This document shows, piece after piece, positions 41,550 through 54,600 of a stretch of 64,000 nt of DNA. The position numbers were made by a program, and so were the translations under genes. Below the pieces are notes generated by a model. That model made no database searches. It saw nothing but the letters and a program-made list of their open reading frames with translations, and had not been told where the DNA came from. This stretch comes from Octopus sinensis (taxonomy: Eukaryota). The number at the start of each line of letters is the position of its first letter. The first letter of the stretch is position 1. The stretch covers positions 10,292,001-10,356,000 of the forward strand of contig NC_043006.1 in NCBI RefSeq assembly GCF_006345805.1, read 5' to 3'.

Positions 41550-41700
41550 AAAAAAAACAGACGGGTCATTCGAGGCCTCTAATCTTCAGTCGGGAACCGG
41601 ATCATCTTAGCGATTTCGGCTGATTAATTCTCGATATCACTCCGATACGGCCAGCCCCAAAGAAAAACTAAGCTACGGGCATTAGATTTCTTGGAAAGAG
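41550..41700. repeat. Dispersed repeat, homologous to 3900-4050
   Basis: See the 3900-4050 feature. Confidence 0.7.
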
Positions 41701-42774
41701 GATCGAATGTATATGAAACAAGGACAGGATGCCACACGAATATAAATACAAGAAACAAAACATAGAAATAAAAAACAAGAACAGTAATAACAGGACAAAA
41801 CAGTGGGTGCCTTACGACTTCAGACAATTTTTAACTTATCTTGGCTGGCGTATTTGAAAAATGCCGAGAGAAATACGAATTATTTTATATGTTTATTCTG
41901 ACGGTGACAGAAGTAAAATTAGTTGAGACTCTATAATACACCACTACTGCTAGTGTGAACCCTAATATTGAAATAATCCCGCCTATTCTTGGCACAGGAT
42001 TGATAATAGATCACATCATACCCAGTGTACAAGTGGCAGTTATTTCATGGACAACGAAATGCTAAAAGCCAAAGAAAACCTCTGCGACATTTGAACGCAG
42101 AATGAAAAGATAATCGAAATGCCACTACGCATTTGTGTAGCATGTTCGCTGCCTTATTAATACACTTGACACCCTGATCAAATTTTGAAAAAAACAGAAA
42201 AATAACATTCGGACAACACATCGACATTTGCACCAATAGCAAAACTCTACCAATTCATGGATGATACAACCTGTAGCCAACGAATTAGTAAAGTGACCCT
42301 CTTTATTACAAAATACAGACCCCTTTTGAAGGCATCTACAACAAAGGACATATCCACCACGGCCTTAGAATAACACATACACAAATATTTAAAATGATAC
42401 ATTCAAAAGAGATATCCAAGAATACATTAAAAAACAGTCCCAATCACTGCTATAATCCACAACGAACCAATTTTAGGTCACTTGACCATTTAACATTGTA
42501 CTATTATCATACAACCTGCATTCCCTTACTATACCCTCTTCTCTTTCTCTTTCTTCTTCTTCGTCTTCGTCTTCGTCCTCTCCGCCACCTCCTTCCTCAC
42601 TTTACTACTATTTCTTTTTAGAATAACACCTTCGCAAACATAAATGCATTCAAAAAAGATGTCTCAAGAATTCAATCACTACTACTATCTACAACAAGTC
42701 ACTTTCAGGGCAGTTGACTATTTAACATCTTACTAGTATCATGGTACTCCCGCATTCTTCTTCTTCGCCTCTTT

Positions 42775-42897
42775 GCCTCCTCCTCCTCCTCCTTCTGCTT
42801 CTTCTTCTTCTTCTTCTTCTTCTTCTTCTTCTTCTTCTTCTTCTTCTTCTTCTTCTTCTTCTTCTTCTTCTTCTTCTTCTTCTTCTTCTTCTTCTCT
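42775..42897. repeat. (CCT)n/(CTT)n microsatellite
   Basis: Direct reading. Confidence 0.95.
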
Positions 42898-43169
42898 GTC
42901 AAGAATCCACAACGACCTCGAAACCACAAGATTAAACAAGAGAGACAGAGACAGGCAGAAACAAGGAAAAATGCTCCTTGTATTCGCATACTATGCAAAT
43001 ATTCTTTTAAAAAGCTTTTCTTTTAATTTTTCCCAAATTTAATTTTTTTCCATAATCACAGTTGAAAAAGTCTCAATGACTAAAATGGGTATTGAAATGA
43101 TTTTATAAAATTATTTTAGCATTTTCTACCATGACTTTTTTTCCATATAACTCGTGTGTTCCTTTTCAA

Positions 43170-43258
<89 letters not shown>

Positions 43259-44335
43259 AGAAAATAGTAAAGTGTGAAAAAACGACAGAAGGCTTAAATG
43301 TTAAAATATATATATATTTGTGTCAACATGTCTGGAGAATATTGTAAAAACTTTTTTTCCCCTTTCCTTAAAATGACATAATTTTAAAATTTTTAAAGAA
43401 ATTACCGGTTTCGCGTGTAGCTTTCAAATTTCTTGTGACGTTATGTTTATTGCATGGAATTATCGTTGTTTTTATTTCCAGGAGATTTCTAAATAAGGGG
43501 AGGTAGTGAGTGATTTTTTCCGGTGTAGGGGAGATAATCGCTTAAAATTTTTTTTCCCTTTTCCTTGTTAATTTCTCTGTGTCAGTATGTTCGGATGGTT
43601 GAGTCTGGGTTTGTACTTTTCAATGAAGAATGTTTCCTTGTTCAGTCTCATTTGTGTTGATGATCCATCCGAAAGCACATTGGTAAAATGGGAAGATTAA
43701 AATTGTGGCAGTAGTTGCTTTGCGCATTTCTCAATGTGCTCACTAAAAGGTATCATTCTATATTCTGGGAATGCAATCTGTTGTCGATGCAGTGTGCATC
43801 TGCGCCTGAGTGATAGTCCCGTGGAACCCACGTAGTCTTGGTGGCAGCCCGAGCATTTAATAACATAAATTATGTTTTCAGAGGCACAAGTAAAGTTAGA
43901 TTTGATCTTAAATTTCTGTCCCTCTTTAAAGAAGAATTCTGATCCTTCCAATAGGTTAGGACATGTTGCACAGTTCGATCTACCACATTTTTTTACTTTT
44001 GCATCCGTAATTTTAGAAGACAATTTTGCCTTTGTGAGAATCTTTTTAAGTGATTTAGGCTGTTTGTAGCTTTTAATGATTTGGTGTATGTTTAGAATTT
44101 CCTTTAATTTTGGGTTTTTATGAAGTATTGGTAAATTCTGGGTGATGATGGTGAAGGCTTCTTTGTTTCTGGGGTTGTATGTAGATATGTAAGGTAGTAT
44201 TTTCGGGAAGGTGTGTTGTTGTGTTGAACTTTTCTTAAAGTTTCTATGTTGATTTCTGTTGCACGTCTGATCCCATCCTCTATGAGTTGAGCTGGGTAAT
44301 GTCTGTCAATTAGGGTGTTTTTGAGTTCTTGCAGT

Positions 44336-44986
44336 CTAAAGTTCCTGGTATTTTGTTCTGACACTATTGTGCATATCCTTCTTGCAAGGTTGAAGGGGAT
44401 GTTTTGTTTTAGTGTGTCTTGGGTGGCATGAATTAAAAAGAAGGTATTGTTTGGCGTCTGTGGCTTTGTAAAAAATGTCTGTTTCTATTTTAAGGTTAAT
44501 TTTTTTAATTAGTATATCCAAGAACGGGAGCTCCTTTTGGTTGTATTCCATTGTGAACTGTATATTTGGGTTTATGCTGTTCAATAGGTTTTTAAATTTT
44601 AGGAGTTTATCTATATTTTCATTCCAGAGAATGAAACAATCGTCTAGGAATCGTTTCCAATTCTCTTTTATGTATTGAGAGAGGGAGTTTCCAAAGATTG
44701 ATAGAGATTCCTGGTAAATGATTATTTCCATGTATCCCATTGTTAAGTTCGCAATGACTGGTGCTGCCCTTGTACCCATAGCAATTCCGGATTTTTGACG
44801 GTAAAATGTATTGTCAAACATGAAGTGGTTATTGTGTAGGATGAATTCAATTGATTTAGTAATGAATTCCTTACTGATCCTTTTTGGTATTTCTTCCGAA
44901 AATTGGTCTAACCAGAATTGTATTGCCTCCAGTCCATAATTATGAGGTATACTGGTATACAAGTTGAATACATCAAATGAAACCAA
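44336..44986 (-). pseudogene. Penelope-type reverse transcriptase (5'-truncated)
   Basis: PLE RT motifs as above; truncated at the inversion junction, with a frameshift after RHTK. Confidence 0.9.
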
Positions 44987-45459
44987 AGATTCTCACAAAG
45001 GCAAAATTGTCTTCTAAAATTACGGATGCAAAAGTAAAAAAATGTGGTAGATCGAACTGTGCAACATGTCCTAACCTATTGGAAGGATCAGAATTCTTCT
45101 TTAAAGAGGGACAGAAATTTAAGATCAAATCTAACTTTACTTGTGCCTCTGAAAACATAATTTATGTTATTAAATGCTCGGGCTGCCACCAAGACTACGT
45201 GGGTTCCACGGGACTATCACTCAGGCGCAGATGCACACTGCATCGACAACAGATTGCATTCCCAGAATATAGAATGATACCTTTTAGTGAGCACATTGAG
45301 AAATGCGCAAAGCAACTACTGCCACAATTTTTAATCTTCCCATTTTACCAATGTGCTTTCGGATCATCAACACAAATGAGACTGAACAAGGAAACATTCT
45401 TCATTGAAAAGTACAAACCCAGACTCAACCATCCGAACATACTGACACAGAGAAATTAA
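44977..45459 (+). CDS. Stand-alone GIY-YIG endonuclease ORF (160 aa) created by the inversion
   Basis: The ATG at 44977 comes from RT-antisense sequence 8 nt before the junction. The frame is then open through the Cys-rich linker and IY..YVG motif to ...FFIEKYKPRLN...stop. Expression unknown. Confidence 0.5.
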   Translation: MKPKILTKAKLSSKITDAKVKKCGRSNCATCPNLLEGSEFFFKEGQKFKIKSNFTCASENIIYVIKCSGCHQDYVGSTGLSLRRRCTLHRQQIAFPEYRMIPFSEHIEKCAKQLLPQFLIFPFYQCAFGSSTQMRLNKETFFIEKYKPRLNHPNILTQRN

Positions 45460-45595
45460 CAAGGAAAAGGGAAAAAAAAATTTTAAGCGATTATCTCCCC
45501 TACACCGGAAAAAATCACTCACAACCTCCCCTTATTTAGAAATCTCCTGGAAATAAAAACAACGATAATTCCATGCAATATAAATATAACGTCAC

Positions 45596-45635
45596 AAGAA
45601 ATTTGAAAAGCTACACGCGAAACCGGTAATTTCTT
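45596..45635 (+). ncRNA. Variant minimal hammerhead motif in PLE 3' region (mirror copy at 43396-43434, minus)
   Basis: 7-bp stem I AAGAAAT/ATTTCTT, core TTGAAAA (vs CTGANGA), GC-TACAC-GC, GAAA, CCGG, TA. Confidence 0.55.
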
Positions 45636-45820
45636 TAAAAATTTTAAAATTATGTCATTTTAAGGAAAGGGGAAAAAAATTTTTTCCAATATTCTCCAGA
45701 CATTTTGACACAAATATATATATTTTTTAACATTTAAGCCTTCTGTCGTTTTTTCACACTTTACTATTTTCTTATATATTCACCCACGTGCTTTACCAAA
45801 CAAACTTTCTTATCTATATC

Positions 45821-45874
<54 letters not shown>

Positions 45875-45892
45875 ATATATATTTATGTGTAT

Positions 45893-45941
<49 letters not shown>

Positions 45942-45950
45942 TATATATAT

Positions 45951-46342
45951 AATAATAAATATTAGGGAATAAATCCAAACTTACAGGGAAAAATCAGATT
46001 TAGGATTGAATCCAACTTTATAGTAAAATATTATATCATATTAAATTAGAGACAAAACCACTATTATGCAAATCAAACAAAGAAAGACTTAAGCCAATAC
46101 ATAAATTAATTTATATTATTTAGAAATAATATAAATTGTTTAAAACTCGTCAAGAATATTTTGAAACCACCTGAAGAATGTCTACTACTCAAAGATGTGA
46201 TAAAAGAAGACATGAAACGATCGTAGTGGATTTTAATAATTGTTAAATTTCTAAATAATATAAATTAATTTATGTATTGGCTTAAGTCTTTCTTTGTTTG
46301 ATTTGCATTATAGTGGTGTTGTCTCTAATTTAATATAATATA
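45951..46342. mobile_element. Non-coding fold-back element with hammerhead, copy 1 (PLE pLTR-like)
   Basis: ~80-nt leader shared with 56759. Inverted arms at ~46038-46127 and ~46247-46337 (2-3 mismatches), HHR in the loop, (TA)n on both flanks. Confidence 0.85.
46167..46229 (+). ncRNA. Type I hammerhead ribozyme, intact core
   Basis: CCAC-CTGAAGA-ATGTCT(24-nt loop)AGACAT-GAAA-CGATCG-TA|GTGG; predicted cleavage after A46225. Confidence 0.85.
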
Positions 46343-46974
46343 TATATATACTAGTTTGGGCTCGAGTGTTGAGGCCAGGCTGGAGGTCCTCTGACATGTG
46401 GCATTTGGTGAATGAGGGAGTTTAATGTTGCTATTCTCTTATGTGTGTGTATGTGTGTGTGTGTGTACGTGCACACATGTAGGTATTTATACACGTACAT
46501 GAGTGATTTTATTAAGCATTATAGAGCACGACGCTCGGAAAAAATGCATAGATTTATAATAGCAAATGAAGATATACACATAGACACTTAGCGAGAGAGG
46601 CGTGAGACACACATACACACATGCACACGCACAGCACAAGTACACATATGTATTTATATATAGACAGAAAGTGGTTAGCAGAGAAGAAAGACAACGCTAT
46701 TTTAGAAACAGTGGCAGACATTGAAGGATGTTGAGAGAAGTACATAAAAACCAACCGAAGAAATGTTTTCATTACAAATGCAGTAATATTTCAGACAATT
46801 CCAAGACGAAAAACAAAGTCTGAATAATGGAAGACAATAGAATTAAATTTAGGTCCTCTTATCTCAAACAGACAAAAACCAAGACTTTTGTTGTTGCCTA
46901 GACATCACACAATCACCTGTCATTTGCTTGAAATTCGTTCTCTAGACATTTCTAAAGGCTGATGACAGAGTTTC

Positions 46975-47345
46975 TTATTTTTTGCGGTCATTGTTGTCGT
47001 TGTTGTTATTGTTGTTGTTTTTGTAGTTGTTGTCGTTGTTGTTGCTGTTGCTGTTGTTCATGTTCTTGTTCTTGTACTTAGTGGTGGTGATGGTGGTGGG
47101 GATGGTGGTGGTGGTTGTGGTCATGACGGTGATGGTTGTAGTTGTGGCGGCGGCAGTAGTGAAATTGGTGTTGCTGTTGTTGTCAGTGGTAGTGATGGTG
47201 ATAGTGGTGGTGATAGTGGTGGTGGTGGTGGTGCTAATGGTGGTGATGGTGATGGTGGTGGTGGTGATGGTGGTGGTGGTGATGGTGGTGGTGGTGGTGG
47301 TGATGGTTTTGGTGGTCATCGTCGTCGGAGTCGAGATGGCTGTGG
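46975..47345. repeat. Imperfect (GTT/GTG/GAT)n trinucleotide tract
   Basis: Direct reading. Confidence 0.9.
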
Positions 47346-49214
47346 TCGTGTTGGTGGTATTTTGTCTACAGTCATCTTACGATGGATGGAGGAGATGTTC
47401 ACGATATACCTTTATTCATGTTGCCTTGATTCCAATTCCCGATGTCTGAGGTGGAGTAAATGTCTATTAAATTGTATTTTAATGATAATTTACGGTATGG
47501 TTTGACTGACCAAATATAATTTAGAAACAACAAATAAAATATTCATAATTCTGTTTCAGTTTATTTTTGCTCTGTTTTTTTTTTTTTTTGTTTGGTATCT
47601 TATTTAATTTTCAACCTTACAGTTGAAATTATTATATTCATATTCATGACTGAGCTCTAAATTATATTCCTGAAAAAAGTTTTCGCAGTTCTCCACGGCC
47701 GCAGTCCGGTTTCCGTTCCAGCGTTCCACTTGTTTAACTTCCATTACTGACTTAATGCACAACTGAATGGAATGGTAATTCCCATACACTGTCCCTGTCT
47801 CTAATATGTTGTGCACTATCACAGCCATGTGTTTCCATTCCATTTAAACTAAACGTTTCTAGTTGACAGCAGGAATTTATGATAATCAAATGCTGATTAT
47901 TGCGTCTTCTATTTCACTCAATCTCTAAACACAACCTGCAGACATTTTGTAGCCCAATGCACCCACTAAAAGCAAACTCCTAAATCTCTCTAAAATCACA
48001 ACCTACGAAATTTTAAAAAGAGAAGGACACATATTTAATTCTGACGTAAACTATGTCTGAAAAAATTAATGCATTAAAGTTTCCTTAATGCGAAACTTAT
48101 TAATTTATTCCCATCAAATGCTGATTTTTGTCACCACTCTCTAACTTCTGTCTATGAACGAACTATTTAGCCAAACTTACAGCAACGTTCCCAATTACAC
48201 TGACGATACCACTTTTTATTCTTCGCTCACCGTTTGGATTCATGTGTCACCTCACGCGAGCTAAACACGCAGCACAATATCTACCAATATTTTATAATCT
48301 AAGACCTCTAAAATATTAAAATAAAGTCGTGCCAATCTTGTAGCATACAAAAGATGCAATTCCCTGTCCTAAACGTGAAAGGCATGCAAGTAAGACATTC
48401 AATTGTGCTTGAAAAGCTAGTTTGAAAAAAGAACAATAAGCTTCTTTTCAACACATCTTGGCTGTTTTTCTAAGAATCAAAACATTTTTCAGACCCCATA
48501 TATATCTGTTCAATCTCAACATATATAGTAGAGTACTAATTAGGACAGCATGGTGTTACATATATAGGATGCTACATATATAGGGCAGCGTGGTGCTACA
48601 TATACAGAAACCCCGGATCACATTCCGGTAGAGAGCATAATAGAATAGACAGTTGGCTCTATGCAGTCTGCTGAGTTGCGTGTCGCGCTCCAGAATGGTT
48701 TTCTTATTTCCAATGTAACTAATAAAATGTGATTTCGTGAAAATTATGACATTTTTCACAGATTCAGTTCTTATTGTTCAATCAGCAGTGATTGGAAGCA
48801 CTCGATATCTATTTTTAAGGCAAACCAGATGAGTGAAAGTACGACAGAAAGTTATCGCCAAACTGAAGAGCTGACCTAAATGCTTACAACAAATTAAAAT
48901 CTGCCAATGTTACACAACGTCCAGCTGGTGAGATCAAGCATGGTAATCGATTAGAATCTATTACGCAGATTACGTGTGGAGATGCAGTACAAGCAAACAA
49001 GAAACGGGTGTAGAAATGTTGCTTCATATCATTCATCCTGTTGAAATGTTTTAGCCGAATCTACTCAAACAATACTAACACACTACTAACATTACCTATC
49101 TACTTGTTAACCTCTTCAAGTTATATAAACCTTTAACACATTATGTGAACAGCAAAGAACAGAAAATAGGTATTTCACACACAAGTAGCAATGCAGCCCA
49201 TTGAAACTATATTT

Positions 49215-49215
49215 C

Positions 49216-49262
<47 letters not shown>

Positions 49263-49329
49263 TAGTAGTAGTAGTAGTGGTGGTGGTGGTGGTGGTGGTG
49301 GTGGTGGTGGCGGCAGTGGCAGCAGCAGC

Positions 49330-49380
<51 letters not shown>

Positions 49381-49384
49381 AGTG

Positions 49385-49420
<36 letters not shown>

Positions 49421-49445
49421 GCAGCAGCAGTAGTAGTAGTAGTAA

Positions 49446-49496
<51 letters not shown>

Positions 49497-49506
49497 CAGC
49501 AGCAGC
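49215..49506. repeat. (TAG)n/(TGG)n/(CAG)n compound microsatellite
   Basis: Direct reading. Confidence 0.95.
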
Positions 49507-50474
49507 AATAGCCCTGAGAATAGTTGACGGAATAATTTTCGACGTAAGGTTCAAAATTATAATAATCACATGGCTTTCGATATACTAATCCAGTATCTAA
49601 GGATGATTCTTCTCACCATTAGCAGACTGAATAGGTTCTGATTAGCTTCCTAATTCTAAATATTATTTCTTTCTCAAATCCTCTATAATACTTGAATTCC
49701 CAACTCAGAGATAAATCTATTGATTTTCTCCTTTCAAACATTCAATAATAACACAGCATACATAATCATTCGTGTCCTCCTTGGTCAAATGCCACTTGCA
49801 TTTAATACGTTTGAGATTTTTCTAATTATCGTCCACTATGAGTGGACCTCTACACAATTGGTAATTCAGAATCGCAAATTGGTGGAACACTTGGAATTAC
49901 TAAATACAAGTAATTATTAATTTCATGGCTAAGGATGAACCGAAAATTAGCGGTTGGGGAAATTATCTGCAAGCATTTCCATGTACATTCATATATCATG
50001 CACACATTTCCGTTCATGCACGTTAAGATACATAGCAATTCGGATGTGTACAGTTACGGGCGGAAATCTCTAGCTTATGTAGGTCACAATCAAAGATACG
50101 ACAATTATGTATTTATCTGTCACTGTCTGTTTCAATCAAGATATTACTAAATCCAAAACTCTTATGGCGTGTTTGGAATACTGATTCGTCTTTGCAATTA
50201 AATTCATTATGAATTAATGAAGTATAAATGTGGCCAAGGCACGTAACTTGTAGCTTGTAGTTCATAACTCAACCCTCAAAACATAGGAGTTCAATTTTCG
50301 CGTGAACTGAATAACAGAGATTTTTATCGACTGTTTGGACTACGTCCAAATCTTGCTGGCTCCTGATTAAATAAAGAGAAGAGTTTAACGAGCGAGAGAA
50401 GGAGGGAGAGAAGGAGTGAGAGATGCAGGAGAAGAACGAGAGAATGTTGGAGGATAGAATAAGGGGAACTAAAA

Positions 50475-50697
50475 CGGCGGCGAGCTGGCAGAAACGTTAG
50501 CACGCCGGGCGAAATGCTTAGCAGTATTTCGTCTGCTGTTACGTTCTCAGTTCTAATTCCACCGAGGTCGACTTTGCCTTTCATCCTTTCGGGGACAATT
50601 AAATAAGTATTAGTTATGCATTGGGGTCGATATAATCGACTTAATCCATGTGTCTGTCCTTGTTTGTTCGCTCTGTGTGTAGCCCCTTGTGGCAAAT
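50475..50697 (+). mobile_element. Nin/Deu-type SINE monomer
   Basis: Head plus a single body unit ending GCCCCTTGTGG. Confidence 0.88.
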
Positions 50698-51581
50698 ATG
50701 TAGCGTGGCGTGACGTGAAACGGCTACAATAGGATATTACTGATAGCATTATATATGATATATAACAGTAGGATTATGTGTAACTACCTTTTCATGAAGC
50801 ATAAGCAGACTTTACAAACCAAATTATCTCTTCACTTCGATATTTAACTAGATATTCTAACTGTTAAAGTAGTTTTAGATTTTTTTTTCTTGAGGTTTAC
50901 TACTCACTTTAAAAAGAGCCCTTCTTATATGTTTTTCTTTATCCATACCTTAGTGCCATTCTAACATATCACCCCACCTCACACACCTCAGACATAGTCA
51001 TTACTTACATTCTTGTCTCTTCGTATCCCTCCCTACTCCCCTACCCTTATTCCTCCCCTACTCCCTTCCCATCCACCCTCATAAAATCTTCATCACCAAC
51101 TAACACTCCTTTTTCCATTTTTTAAAATTCATATCACTCATTTTTTCTCATTTTATCTTTTCCTTTCCTTCTTCTTTTCTCACCTTTTCCTTTTGACCTC
51201 CCTCCTCATTTAAACGTACACGTCTCTTCTCCCCTTTCTATCCATTTAATTCTACCACTACATTCTCATTTTCATTCACACCACAAGACCCGTTTGAATG
51301 GACAGCACACGGAATCTATGTCTCCACAATTTCAATTTGTAATGTCAAAAGATGAACTATCGGAATTTACATACAATGGACAAGAAGCATTTCTACTACT
51401 TCTACACACCGCTTTCCTTGGATAATAGAACTGCAACTATAACATTTTATATATTTATATTTTTATTGTTATTTCTACATTCATTCTCCTATTTCCCTCC
51501 ATATTCATTCTTTCCTTCCTGTTCCAAAATAGTTCCTTATATTGAACTCTAGTATTTCCCTCTATTTAACCATATCACATC

Positions 51582-51629
51582 GTCTCTGATGAAAGGATAA
51601 CCCTATTATCCGACAAACAGCTGTAAGAC
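51582..51629 (+). ncRNA. Degenerate minimal type I hammerhead (same family as 29420)
   Basis: GTCT-CTGATGA-AA-GGATAA-CCCTA-TTATCC-GACAAA-CAGCTG-TA|AGAC; the GAAA is disrupted. Confidence 0.62.
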
Positions 51630-54600
51630 TAACTTTCTCCTTATAAATGTCTTGCAAATTCCACAAAGCCTTCGCTTTGTTGTCTCATTTTATTTAACAC
51701 ATGCATATTCATACAAGACCCACATGAGACTCCTCACTCGTATCCTTATCGAACCGAGAGTTAAACCACGGTCCTTCCATAGCAATTACATAGTATTACC
51801 AGCTACCTTGGGTCTTCTGGATACAAATACCTCTTATATATATATATATACATGCCCACACATATCCCCTCACACGCACACACGAGCACACACACACATA
51901 CACACACACAAACACACGCACACACGAGCACACACACACAAACACATGCACATATACTCTTACATGCATATATATGGTGGGGTGTCTGCAGCTTTGTGAG
52001 AATTTGAATAGATAGATAGATTATCATTTTGATAAAATGGTGATGGAGGTGCACTTGAACACCGGCGCCACTGCATCAAACCTTGTTAATCACGTTCTTT
52101 GAGTCATTCCACTTCCATGCTGTGCGCCTCGGTTAATAATATGAATCTAGTTGAGGGATATTTCTCCGCTATGAGGGTGCGGAAGAGTCTATAACATATG
52201 TCTATAACATTAAAAATTTTCTAGAGTAAAATAGAGTAGTAATGTCCAACATATATAATCTGGGTTCAGCAAATGCTACGAAATATACTAAAAACAACTG
52301 TTTTCAATGATTCTTATAAACCTAGTGTATGCATTCTTAACTTAAAGAGAAACTATTTGTTCATGCATGAGGTTATGGCTGCACATAGAAATATGCCCTC
52401 TAAACGTGTGAAGAGAGACCTTTCTTAGTTTGGATCTTTTCAACCTTGTTATGGGCTATTCAAAACTTTCCTTACGACAAACGTTATAAGATTCGAGGTA
52501 TTTGAAGCTTCTGGCCTCTTCCGACCTCTTAACACCTGTACGACTCTTAAGAAGCGCATAATCAACATCTTATGCTGTGTAGAATTTAAACAACCAAGTC
52601 AATATTCCGTGCCATAAATAGTAGGAAATCTTCAAACAAGGTGGGTACTGTAGTAATGAAATACTACCATGCTGATTCAACTTAAACGATGATTATTTAC
52701 ACTGTTTTCTTTGGTTTCAGCAACAGGTCTTTCACTGCATCAGTATGAACGGATGTTACCAAGATTTGCGCATCATATAATTGATGAGGTGTGAGTAAAA
52801 CTTTACCTCAAAAGTCGAGGTACAAGAGTTACTGATATTTTGATCGCTTCCTCTTGTTAGTGAGTTTTTTTTTTAATCTTCATATTATATTGTTCATTTT
52901 CACTGCAGAAGGAAAAAACGAATTGAAGGTTCTGAAAAGAAAATAAAATGTTTATATAGATATGTATCTGTGTGTGTGTGTTTATAGTTACACAGTTTAT
53001 GAAGTTATGTAGGTGTGTCTGTATATACGTAAACTTATCAATGTACGCGTGTAAATACGATACGCTTACGTGTGTATGTACTTGTATATGCATATGCTTC
53101 TGTTTTATAACTTGATATGTTAAAAATGGGAAATACTTTCAAGTAAATACGTATTTATTATATTTCCTTAAGGGCAAACCGACTTTAAAATTATTTACTT
53201 CCGTAAGCAAACAAGTCGAATTTTCGATTTACTCTCAAACATTTCCTTGTAAAAATCGTATCTGTATACATATATGTATGTGTGAATAAATATATTTATA
53301 TGTGTGTGTGTTATTTGTATGTATGAATCCAAATTTGCTGGAGGGATATATGATCTTTAACGTGATATCTTCCAAATTAACTTAAGTTGTTATTGGCAAA
53401 AGAGGATTATGTATATTTAAATAGAACAAAATACTCTGGCTTTCTTAAAACCGATAGCACTCTTATGAAGCACCGAACCAACGCATTGTGCTTTACAGAA
53501 TTTAAACAAAGCGTGAATGTACCGAATCACGAATAGTAGATACATTTTTATCTAGAAGGTAAATATGAGCGTAAGCACTATGTGTGCTTATTTTGTATCA
53601 TGTCGCTCTGAGTTCCGCTATTTGTAGGTAATTCGGCACAACTAGTTATACTTTCAGAAAATCGTTGATTAAAGTGAGATTTTCACCTAGGTTAGCCTGC
53701 TGCAGGACACAAAAATATAAGAGATCATGAACGCGCGTGTTCCAAAGCCTGTCTGAGAGAGATGAATGCCCAATAATTTTCACTCGACTTCAGTTGCTCG
53801 GTCAAGGATCAAGCGTCTCCGAGATCCGAGAGGTATTCGTGAGCCTCGTCACTGGCATGTAGCCAATATTAAACTGGAGTAAACATGCTGTTGCATTACC
53901 TTCTTTGTTTTGTATGATTCCTTGAGTTTTCACAATATCCTGAGAAGTCCACCAAATCTGCTGAAAGACTATCCCAGAAACCGCGTTGTAAACATCTTAT
54001 GTAAACACACATAAGATGCATCACTAGAGGACGGCTAATTCTGCAAATATTTATGTCATATAGCGCCGTCTTTTACCAATTCCGTGTTTTAGTCTCATAT
54101 GAAGTCCCAACAGTGTTGCCGTGTCTTTAACCAAACACAAACGTTCCGTATCACAGTGGCAGGAAACTGGCAGGGCAAGGAAATCTGTAACATGTATGAA
54201 CTATTGGGAAGAAATCGAACGAATAACAGTACTGTAATGGTTTGGCGCAAGCACCGAAACTTCTCAGAGTTGGCTAGTTGGTGCTCAACTTCTCTCCTGC
54301 CGCACTATTCAGTATTTATGAGATATAGAAGTGCAATCATAAAAAAAAAACATACATAGCCCGCAATAATGCACATCTAAGTGAGAGCATAGAATGACAA
54401 TTATAGGTAATCTCGATAAAATAGAATATTAAATTAAAAACAGTAAATCTGACACTATTGGCATCGAAATGTGATTAGATTAACGATTTTAACTAAATAT
54501 TCACTAGCACATAAAATATATATTTTATTGAAAATTATCGAATGTCTAAACTTCCTGAAAATATTCCCTGTGGTAATAAATTGGTATTAGTCTCTATACT

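Larger units (their letters stand above)
43252..45779 (-). mobile_element. Penelope-like element (RT + GIY-YIG), 5'-truncated, with inverted terminal duplication
   Basis: Minus ORF pieces: LVSFDVFNLYTSIPH, YRQKSGIAMGTRAAP, WKRFLDDCF, ELPFLDI, LLFNSCHPRHTK, then CGRSNCATC and NIIYVIKCSGCHQDYVGST. There are 2-3 frameshifts. 44985-45779 is the reverse complement of 43252-44045. Confidence 0.93.

Noticed and set aside
42000-42400. Weak resemblance to a GIY-YIG C-terminus (FGQHIDICTNSK)
   Set aside because: A single short motif amid many stops; insufficient without a profile search.
47340-47460. Possible small exons (minus 36-nt phase-1 exon DIGNWNQGNMNKG; similar splice-like signals near 6255, 23.5k and 35340)
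   Set aside because: Splice-like dinucleotides occur by chance. No recognisable protein, and no consistent exon chain could be built.
52090-52720. Possible ancient CR1/L2 relic on the minus strand
   Set aside because: Only vague motif echoes; no diagnostic stretch could be translated.
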